From sequence record SRR20825019_2015: a stretch of 56,946 bases of DNA; one strand, written 5' to 3'. The first letter of the stretch is position 1. Every line of letters starts with the position of its first letter. Below, in pieces: positions 19,605 to 26,830 of the stretch. The notes below the pieces were generated by a model. The model was not told the origin of the DNA. It did no database searches and saw nothing but the letters and a program-made list of their open reading frames with translations. Made by a program: the position numbers and the translations under genes.

Positions 19605-19810
19605 ACTTAAAGTGTTTTTGCTTTAAGTCTCGATACTAAAAACTGGTAATTTTTAAGACAACGAGACAGATAGGTAAGAACGCTCATGCCATAGGCGTGG
19701 GCGCTCGCTTATTCGTTGTCGGGCATACCAGTGCCTTAGTATCGGTAAGTGTGGTTGCCTGCGCTCTTTTTTTGTGCAGGGTTCCACCACTAACAATAAA
19801 ATGAGGTACT
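19605..19810 (+). ncRNA. Putative structured cis-regulatory leader RNA
   Basis: Nested stems CGATACTAA/TTAGTATCG, ACTGGTA/TACCAGT, GACAACGA/TCGTTGTC, CGCTCATGCC/GGCGTGGGCG plus two flanking hairpins. Confidence 0.55.
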
Positions 19811-20260
19811 ATGGAAACGGTAAACACCCCTGTACAAATCGGCATCGCATTTATCAATGACGAAAGTCCGCTTTTGGATCTGATTTGCAATGAACTTGTT
19901 GCTTCAGGAATCGATGTTCTGTTCCGTTCGGGGAATATCGAGGACGGACTATCCCTATTATCGACATTAACGGAACTTCCGCAGGTTTGTGTTGTTGACC
20001 TTGATTTTGATGACATCGGCGTGATGGCTCATCTGCGGGAATTGAAAACGCAATACCCGATTATAAAACTAATTGCCCATAGTGATATTGATTCGGGAAA
20101 AACTGTAAATTCTATTTTGGAAATAGGTTTTGACGGTTATCTCCTTGTCGGCAGCGATGCGGACGATTTTAAAAAAGCCATCGAGGGTATTTGCAACGAC
20201 AAAAGATATTTTAGTACGGGCGTATCGGAAGTTGTTCGGGACTATTTTGGCAATAAATAA
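19811..20260 (+). CDS. Stand-alone atypical receiver-domain protein
   Basis: NarL-like REC pattern (IAFIND…VCVVDLD…IKLIAHS…GFDGYLL) with no output domain. Confidence 0.8.
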   Translation: METVNTPVQIGIAFINDESPLLDLICNELVASGIDVLFRSGNIEDGLSLLSTLTELPQVCVVDLDFDDIGVMAHLRELKTQYPIIKLIAHSDIDSGKTVNSILEIGFDGYLLVGSDADDFKKAIEGICNDKRYFSTGVSEVVRDYFGNK

Positions 20261-20546
20261 CAGTTTAATCTCAACAGCATAAAATATCTGTTCTAATCAA
20301 GCGACGTTCTTTTGCTTCTTTTCTTTGGTCGCAATGTGGAAAGAAAAGAAGTACCTACCATAGCAAAAATGGGATAACGAATATCCCATGCAAAAAATCC
20401 CGCAACCTGTTTGGTGAAATGTAAGGAAAGGTAATTGCTGACGGGTACATTTTGGCAAAGTGGTTGCACCCATTTAATGCAAAAAGACTGCCCCGACCAT
20501 CGGGAGGGAGTGTCTTTTTGCCGCCCGCTCCAATAGCGGGGTCGGC

Positions 20547-21356
20547 TCAGGCAACTTTTAGGGGATGGGTGGTAAAATCTTTCAGGTTGTGGAAAAATCC
20601 CCTGTACGGTGTCAATCCGTTGCGGAACAATCCCCAAAGTAAAGAGCAACCCATTTGTGTCAATGAGGAGTTGATAAATAAGTCCTGTTTTTCCAAGGCT
20701 TCAACCAGACTACAACTTGGAGTACCGTCCTGCTCTTCGGATTGCTTCAGCAGTTCGCCAAATTCTTCGGTAACGAATGGCAGGCTTGCCACCGTTTCGT
20801 ACTTTTCGGATTGGGGTTGCTGTATTTCCCCAATAGTAGATAACAATACTTGCCCTGTGTACTGGCTGTTGCCAAAGTCCAACCAATATTTGGGGTTATC
20901 CCTGTAATTCCTGCGGTCACTTACTTCTTTCAGTATCTCGGCAACGCCAAACCTTGCCTGTACATTATCCACGCAAGTAATGGTAAGGGTCGCCCTGGCT
21001 TCTTCGGGTACTTGTCCGAAATTATCCTTTTCAAACTTTTGGGTTTCGGCTTTCCAGTTAGTCCCCGAAAAACGGTTGGCTCGGTTTATCAGTGCCACGG
21101 ATTTGTACAATCCTGTTTCACATTCCGCAAAACGCTGTCTGCCCAAATTAGCACTGGTAATCCTATCATCATCCCAAAGACGGACTTGCAATCCTGCGTG
21201 TCCCAATTCGATTAAACTATGGTTCATTTCCATTAAGGCAGTCAACACCTTTGAGCCTGTGCCACCCGCTCCGATAAGGTTTACCGAAATCGGGTTGGTA
21301 GGGCTTATGAGATAGTTGTCCGTAAGATGGACTGCTGTTTTTTCTGTATTCATCAC
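20547..21356 (-). CDS. PRTRC system ThiF/E1-like protein
   Basis: LIGAGGTGS, DDDRITSANLGRQ, TCVDN, WLDFGN, PSCS (candidate catalytic Cys). Confidence 0.92.
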   Translation of the reverse strand: MMNTEKTAVHLTDNYLISPTNPISVNLIGAGGTGSKVLTALMEMNHSLIELGHAGLQVRLWDDDRITSANLGRQRFAECETGLYKSVALINRANRFSGTNWKAETQKFEKDNFGQVPEEARATLTITCVDNVQARFGVAEILKEVSDRRNYRDNPKYWLDFGNSQYTGQVLLSTIGEIQQPQSEKYETVASLPFVTEEFGELLKQSEEQDGTPSCSLVEALEKQDLFINSSLTQMGCSLLWGLFRNGLTPYRGFFHNLKDFTTHPLKVA

Positions 21357-22075
21357 AATAGATTTTTAAGGGTTTTGTTGTTCTTTTTCAATACCTCTTT
21401 GGGAAAAGGTTTATCTGTACCGACCAGTTCTTTCCATACATTTACACAATTCCCTTTTATGGGGCTGTGGCTTCCCAATAAATGGCTGAAATAGCTGTTA
21501 AAAAAGTAGTCTTCCCATGCGGTTGTAAATTCCTCGACCGAAGCCGAATTTTTGATGTCAATATTTACAGTCCCCATACATACGTTGCCGTTCTCATATA
21601 CATTGAAAAATGGGGCATAATGCAAGGGTGTGTTTTCGGTGGGTCGTCTGTCGCTTTTCAACGCAAATACGTAAAGGGTGCTTTTGCTTGCCAACCAAAG
21701 CATTGGGGGTATTTGTGCCTTTCCGTTGGGGATGCCCAGACCGTTCACAAAATACAGTTGCTTTTGCTGTGCTTTGGTGTACCACAGTACCGTTCCTTTT
21801 TTGCTCGGATTGATATGCAGGATGTTGGTCGGTAAAATCCCCTTCGGCTTTAAAAAGGCTTTGTTCCTTTCTTCACTGGTCTGTAAGGACTTTGCCAATA
21901 CGTTGGCTTCTTTTACCGTTAATGGGTGCGCATTGATAGGGTTGCCGTCTTTGTCCATATCGAAATGCTCCACGTACATATCGGTTTCCGCTGCTTTGGT
22001 CTGATAGAATACCAATGCGGATTTTGGATGGTACAATTTGCCGAAATTCTCGGTTATGTCGTTAATATTGTTCAT
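21353..22075 (-). CDS. PRTRC system protein B (prokaryotic E2-like)
   Basis: LHYAPFFNVYENGNVCMG, WEDYFFNSYFSH. Confidence 0.9.
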   Translation of the reverse strand: MNNINDITENFGKLYHPKSALVFYQTKAAETDMYVEHFDMDKDGNPINAHPLTVKEANVLAKSLQTSEERNKAFLKPKGILPTNILHINPSKKGTVLWYTKAQQKQLYFVNGLGIPNGKAQIPPMLWLASKSTLYVFALKSDRRPTENTPLHYAPFFNVYENGNVCMGTVNIDIKNSASVEEFTTAWEDYFFNSYFSHLLGSHSPIKGNCVNVWKELVGTDKPFPKEVLKKNNKTLKNLL

Positions 22076-23241
22076 TGTTCTTCTGTTTTATATTCATATA
22101 ATAGACTGCCCAAATCCTCTAATAGAGCAAACAAACGGTTCTCAAAATCAAGATTGTTTGCAGTTATTTCGTTTCCGTCAAAGCGTTTGAAAATGGTCGG
22201 TTCTTCGATTTCCCCGTACTCGTTAAACTCGTTGTTGATACAGTCCGCAAGACTTTCATACAACCAACCTTTAGTGTCCGACACGAATGAAATGTACTTT
22301 TCCATTCCGATAATTTCATGGTCATAATCATCAGTATCGGGGGCTTGTTCAGGTGCATTTCGGAACACGCTTGCAGTCGGATATTCATTGTAAAGAGCAA
22401 AGGCGTTGCAAGCCATTTTATGGCATGCCATATCAAAGTCATCCCGAATTTTAAAACCGTTCAAGCGTTGTTCAAATAGCTGTAAATTGATACGGTTGTA
22501 CAGTTTCTGTTCAATCCTGTCACCAATGGTTTCGGCTTTCCTCAATTCACCTTTATAAAATTCGGTTTCGTCCGTATGGTCATCGTATTCCACCCATTCG
22601 GTAAACATTTCGTATTGCCAATATAAATAGGTGCTTTCCTGCCTGTAATACGGAATGTCCGCAATATGGTACAAGTAACTGCAAACCGATAGGAGTAGCT
22701 GTGCAGTCCGTTTCCGCTTTTTGTTGTGCAACATGCTGAATAGTGGCACAACGGGAATATAGAAAAGGGTCGTGCCTGTGTCGTATCGCTGTTCACTTAT
22801 CAAAAATGTTTTCCTGCTGTCCTGTGCCAAACGTAAGTTGTCCCAATTTACTACGGAGCGTTTTAGCTTGGTTTCCAAATCCCAAGTTGTCAGTACTATA
22901 TTGTAGGGGAAACCATATTCTTTGGTCTGCATAGGTTCAATACGGTAATGTTCGGCAAGACTGGAAAGGGACTTATAAAAATCCCTCTCCGTTTTTGCAG
23001 CTTCCTTACAAGCCTGTACAGATTGTGCCGTTTTCAGTTTGGGCAGAAACGTACATTTCAAAAAACCATTGGTAGCATGGCTATCGGTACGGCTTTCCGC
23101 TTGTCTTTCTGTATTTCGTTTGCGTCTTTTGGCTTTTGCATCCAATTGGCAAACTCGCCCAACTGTCGGTGCAGTTGCTGTTGCCGTTGCTGTTCGGGAA
23201 AGCTGATAATTCCCGATATGATGTTGCGTTGCATAATTCAT
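22072..23241 (-). CDS. PRTRC protein F-like alpha-helical protein
   Basis: 389-aa ORF between proteins C and B, ATGA-coupled to B; assignment mostly positional. Confidence 0.65.
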   Translation of the reverse strand: MNYATQHHIGNYQLSRTATATATAPTVGRVCQLDAKAKRRKRNTERQAESRTDSHATNGFLKCTFLPKLKTAQSVQACKEAAKTERDFYKSLSSLAEHYRIEPMQTKEYGFPYNIVLTTWDLETKLKRSVVNWDNLRLAQDSRKTFLISEQRYDTGTTLFYIPVVPLFSMLHNKKRKRTAQLLLSVCSYLYHIADIPYYRQESTYLYWQYEMFTEWVEYDDHTDETEFYKGELRKAETIGDRIEQKLYNRINLQLFEQRLNGFKIRDDFDMACHKMACNAFALYNEYPTASVFRNAPEQAPDTDDYDHEIIGMEKYISFVSDTKGWLYESLADCINNEFNEYGEIEEPTIFKRFDGNEITANNLDFENRLFALLEDLGSLLYEYKTEEQ

Positions 23242-23257
23242 TCTTTTGATTTTTAGT

Positions 23258-23476
23258 TTAACCTTTCGTACCCATTACGCTTTCAAATCTGTACTCGACC
23301 GCATCGTCCTTGATTTGTGGTGCAGATACTTTTGCAGTCGTCAAAATCGGGTACATATTGGCGTAATAATTCATCACGGCTTCCACGCTCCAACGTGCTT
23401 CGGGGTCGGTCAATCTGATGTCCTGTCCTTTATCTTTGAGTATAAAAACTCGCTCTAATTGCGTTGCTAATAACAT
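23258..23476 (-). CDS. PRTRC system protein C (prokaryotic ubiquitin-like)
   Basis: 72 aa: LERVF…LTDP…SVEAVMNYYANMYPILTTA…GTKG-COOH. Confidence 0.92.
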   Translation of the reverse strand: MLLATQLERVFILKDKGQDIRLTDPEARWSVEAVMNYYANMYPILTTAKVSAPQIKDDAVEYRFESVMGTKG

Positions 23477-23493
23477 AGTTCCTTAATTTAGGG

Positions 23494-24030
23494 TTATACA
23501 TTCTGTTCCTGTTCTGCCCCGAAAAGGTCGGGAGCAAATTTTTCGGACAATTCCTTTTTGCGTTTGCGTATCTCGTCCGCTTTTTCGGGAAACTCCGCTA
23601 TATCGGGTACTTTTATCCACGCTTCACGGAATTTGCCCTCTTTTTCAAGTTCGTCCACCTTTGCCATACTATCCTTGTATTTCTTGTCTTTGGCTTCTTT
23701 TTCCTTTTTGGCTTTCTCGGCTTTCTCTTTCTCCATAGCCGATTGTTTTTTGGCTTCCTCGATTTGTTTTAGGAATTTTTCCATATCAACCATGACCCCC
23801 GAAACGGTTTGGATAGGTGCGGTTATCTGCTCAAAAAATCCCTCGTCAAACTCCTGCGGTGTGGCGTTGAAAGTCAATGGGGGAATAAGGTTTTTGGCAT
23901 TATCACCACACGCTTCGTTATGGAGCATGACCGATACGATCAGGTTGTTTTCCGCTCCCTTTGAAATATTCAGTTGTAGATTCCCTGTAAACTCCAACTG
24001 TGCTATTTGATTAAAGAAATTTGTTTTCAT
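23494..24030 (-). CDS. PRTRC system protein E
   Basis: MKTNFF…PPLTFNATPQEFDEGFF, charged coiled coil, C-terminal PDLF. Confidence 0.85.
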   Translation of the reverse strand: MKTNFFNQIAQLEFTGNLQLNISKGAENNLIVSVMLHNEACGDNAKNLIPPLTFNATPQEFDEGFFEQITAPIQTVSGVMVDMEKFLKQIEEAKKQSAMEKEKAEKAKKEKEAKDKKYKDSMAKVDELEKEGKFREAWIKVPDIAEFPEKADEIRKRKKELSEKFAPDLFGAEQEQNV

Positions 24031-24051
24031 TGCTTTAAAATTTTAATGTGT

Positions 24052-24384
24052 TTACTTATTGATTTCTGCTATTTGGTCTATCCTGCCATAGATTATGCTC
24101 CGTAGGCTCGTTTTATCGGGTGCGTTATACTCGTGCCAACTGCCGTACTGTTTCACGACATAGGTTTTCAGTACATCTTCAAACCCGAACCGATAGCCCA
24201 TTAGCGGTACTGCTTTTTTGAAATAGGCGTTTCGGTTTACCGCTTCTGCAAGCCAATTTTTCTCGGTTCGATGCAATTTCCCGCCCTTGTTCAGTTTTTC
24301 CCTTAACTGATAAGCCTTTGAGGTTTTCAGCCTTTCCAATTCGGGAACATCGTGGCGGACAAACTTTGTGGCTATTGCTTCCAT
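24052..24384 (-). CDS. Hypothetical basic protein
   Basis: 110-aa co-oriented ORF with an A-rich initiation region. Confidence 0.75.
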   Translation of the reverse strand: MEAIATKFVRHDVPELERLKTSKAYQLREKLNKGGKLHRTEKNWLAEAVNRNAYFKKAVPLMGYRFGFEDVLKTYVVKQYGSWHEYNAPDKTSLRSIIYGRIDQIAEINK

Positions 24385-24411
24385 TGGGTCTGTTTTAATG
24401 TTTTACACTTA

Positions 24412-24609
24412 CTAATTTTCAGAGGTAAAAACCCCATTTACATAATAGCCGTATGACTGTTCCCAAAGGCGTATTAAGCCGTCCGTATCTACATAGAAAT
24501 ACTTCGTCCGATTGCATTAAATAATATGTATGCTTTGGTCTTTGTACTCCCTGTCAAGGCTCTGTGCTTTAGCCAAACTTTTGGCTTCCTCTATTGATTT
24601 TGCTTTCAT
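24412..24609 (-). pseudogene. Small 65-codon gene with internal TAA (not in ORF track)
   Basis: MKAKSIEEAKSLAKAQSLDREYKDQSIHII*CNRTKYFYVDTDGLIRLWEQSYGYYVNGVFTSEN*; stop at 24517-24519; fills the gap between DUF932 and the next gene. Confidence 0.7.
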
Positions 24610-24623
24610 AATCCCTGTTTTTA

Positions 24624-24655
24624 ACAGGCTACCACCGATGAAGGCGGTAGCCTGT
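24624..24655 (-). other. Intra-operon hairpin
   Basis: ACAGGCTACC / GGTAGCCTGT 10-bp stem just after the DUF932 stop; no U-tract on the minus strand. Confidence 0.6.
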
Positions 24656-24661
24656 GGTTGT

Positions 24662-25735
24662 TTAATTAAGGTTTAGGATTTCCGCACCGTCCGTTGCAAA
24701 GGCATTGCAGTATTCAAATGCCTTTTGAGATTTGAGTTGGGCAGTACCGCCCATTACGATACTCTGCAACTTGGCTTCGTCATCCCTGTAATTGCGTACA
24801 TTCTGAAAGTAGCCCGTAACAGCGTTGTATGCCCCGAACAATGTACCTTTGGTGGTGTCCATTTGTTGGGTATCGCTTACCATTGCGTAAGCAAAGGCAT
24901 CATCAATGGTGTTTTTGAACACCGTGGATAGTTCATCCTCTGCACCGTTCTTGATGTGTTCCAAAGATTCCTTGTTCGGGCAAAGAGCCAATTGGATGAG
25001 CTTTCTGACCTCTCGGTCTGTTACCCTCACTTTTGCCCACTCGTTGAAAATGCCTTCCAATTGAGTTGTCAAGGTATTGGCTAATCCCATAATCTTGTGG
25101 GCATTCTCGATACGCTGTTTTGCGCCTGAAGTGTGTTTGATACGCACTTCGTTGGTCATATTCCGCAATGAGGCGTTAAGGGTGTTTTGGCAAACGATAC
25201 GGATAGGTGTAAACGCCGCGGTAATACTTCCGCTACCATCGTGGCTTGTGGTCAGGAAAATGTACTTTTCCGTTACATCATCGCCATTGCCCACACGGAT
25301 ATAACCGGGCAGTTTAGCCGTAATGAAAATACGTTCCCCATTGCCCAATGCCCCTGCGGTTTCGTACAGGATGCCCTCGCCACCGCCTACAATACTGTCA
25401 AAGAAATTGAACGCTTCACGGTTCTGTACGATATGGTAATCCTTACCGACCACGCCCAATACGGCATTGTTATCGGTACGGATGTTGGCAAAATAGTGGG
25501 GTACTTCCAGTTCGTTGCTCCCTATCTCGATACCCTGTTCAGTTTCGATAATCCCCGAACCTTTCGTGAATAGTGGGGATTTGACTACTTCATAATCCAA
25601 TCCTGCGTATTTGATAGCTTCCTCACTTGTCGGGTATTCCTCTACGATTTGCCCCAGACCATGCCATGCTTTTTGCTGTACTGAAAAGAAACTGTACTTT
25701 CCTGTTCTCTCGTTGAAATTGATGTTATGTGCCAT
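24662..25735 (-). CDS. DUF932 domain protein (phage/plasmid-like)
   Basis: MAHN…AWHGLG…VQNREAF…ETAGALGNG…TSHDGSGS…TPIRIVCQNTL…IKHT. Confidence 0.92.
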   Translation of the reverse strand: MAHNINFNERTGKYSFFSVQQKAWHGLGQIVEEYPTSEEAIKYAGLDYEVVKSPLFTKGSGIIETEQGIEIGSNELEVPHYFANIRTDNNAVLGVVGKDYHIVQNREAFNFFDSIVGGGEGILYETAGALGNGERIFITAKLPGYIRVGNGDDVTEKYIFLTTSHDGSGSITAAFTPIRIVCQNTLNASLRNMTNEVRIKHTSGAKQRIENAHKIMGLANTLTTQLEGIFNEWAKVRVTDREVRKLIQLALCPNKESLEHIKNGAEDELSTVFKNTIDDAFAYAMVSDTQQMDTTKGTLFGAYNAVTGYFQNVRNYRDDEAKLQSIVMGGTAQLKSQKAFEYCNAFATDGAEILNLN

Positions 25736-25747
25736 GATTTTGAAATT

Positions 25748-26170
25748 TTAGAATGTTTGAAAAAAGATTGAATGTTTGTTGTTAAAATGGAGGTCGTCCT
25801 CTGTTTCCTGTTTGGTGTTGTTGCTTTCAGATTGTGCAGTAGCCTGTAGGGTTTCTGCTTTCCTGCTACCTCCGTGCAATTTGATTTGTGAGGTATGGAA
25901 ATTCAGTCCTGCATGTGCTTTGCCGTCCATATCCGTCCACGCCCTTACGCTTACCCTGCCTGTGAGTTCTACCAAAGAGCCTTTGGTGAGTATCTTGGCT
26001 ACGTTCGGGGTTATCCAATAAGAGCAATCGAAAAAGGCGGTTTGCTCTACCCGTTCGCCCTGTTTGGTTTGATAGCTGTCGTTTACCGCTACCGAAAAGT
26101 TTACCACCTGTCTGTTGTCGTCAAGGGTTTTTACTTCCGCATCCCTTGTTAGTCTTCCTGTGATGTTCAT
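25748..26170 (-). CDS. ssb: Single-stranded DNA-binding protein (C-terminal tip apparently frameshifted)
   Basis: ITGRLTRDAEV…VNFSVAVN…LTKGSLVELTGR; ends EDDLHFNNKH… rather than DDLPF*. Confidence 0.93.
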   Translation of the reverse strand: MNITGRLTRDAEVKTLDDNRQVVNFSVAVNDSYQTKQGERVEQTAFFDCSYWITPNVAKILTKGSLVELTGRVSVRAWTDMDGKAHAGLNFHTSQIKLHGGSRKAETLQATAQSESNNTKQETEDDLHFNNKHSIFFQTF

Positions 26171-26292
26171 GATTTTTGAATTTTTAGAGATTGATTTTGA
26201 TTTGTTTTTTTGTTTGATTTATTCGGTAATGAGAGGAGGTGCTGTTTCGTTTCATTACCATTTCCAATGCTTGTAATCTTCATATCTGACAT
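26167..26292 (-). CDS. Possible 41-aa leader ORF coupled to ssb
   Basis: MSDMKITSIGNGNETKQHLLSLPNKSNKKTNQNQSLKIQKS*; TGA overlaps the ssb ATG (ATGA). Confidence 0.3.
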   Translation of the reverse strand: MSDMKITSIGNGNETKQHLLSLPNKSNKKTNQNQSLKIQKS

Positions 26293-26572
26293 TTTTTTTA
26301 TTCGTTTAAAGAGCCGGAGTATGCTATGTTTCGTTTCACGAGCATAAAAGGTCCGTGTATAGCAGCACCAAGGTTTTGGAGGGAAATACTACCCAACGGG
26401 TGGAGATTTTTTTCCAAACTTGTCCTGACCTTGGGGATGCGTTAAGGACACGGTAATACCTTTGCTCTTGAAATGGAACAATAAAGCATACTGGCTCTTT
26501 GGATAAAAAAGGTGTGGAAGCCGGGAAGATGGCATTGGGAAATGGTCCGGGATGAATTGAAATAACACTTCC
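26235..26572 (+). promoter_or_regulatory. Long imperfect hairpin; candidate Frpo/ssi-like ssDNA promoter
   Basis: At least ten nested complementary blocks centred on the loop at 26395-26397; TACCTTTG at 26457-26464 in the distal arm. Confidence 0.7.
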
Positions 26573-26774
26573 AATTCCAGAATTTTTTAAATCCTTTTTT
26601 AGTTGTGTGGCTGTGAAAGCCGCACCTACAGAGGTTTGAAAAATTGTTATGCAAGGGAAAGGCACAGGGCAACATTTTTCAATCTTCTGTCCGGGAAATA
26701 GCCATAAGCTCTTTTACAGCGGAGGGATCGGATCGGAAGGTAAATGTGCTTTGGCTATAGGAAGTATGGGGAAT

Positions 26775-26801
26775 AAAAAAGCAGGATCATAAAATCCTGC
26801 T
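26775..26801 (-). terminator. Integrase terminator
   Basis: Minus strand AGCAGGAT-loop-ATCCTGC-TTTTTT. Confidence 0.75.
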
Positions 26802-26830
26802 CTATAATTGTTGGAAAGGAATGAATCTGA

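Noticed and set aside
19684-20016. 110-aa minus-strand ORF
   Set aside because: Antisense to the receiver gene and its structured leader.
20297-20473. 58-codon minus-strand ORF after ThiF (MGATTLPKC…)
   Set aside because: Runs through hairpins and has no motif; cannot be supported without homology data.
23160-23195. TATATATA peptide repeat in PRTRC-F N-terminus
   Set aside because: Short low-complexity linker, not an array.
25733-26188. Similar sequences before the ssb and DUF932 start codons (TCTAAAA.TTCAAAA(A)TCATG)
   Set aside because: Consistent with ordinary A-rich Bacteroidota translation-initiation regions.
26336-26675. Three overlapping minus-strand ORFs upstream of ssb
   Set aside because: They coincide with the long hairpin, which explains the sequence better.
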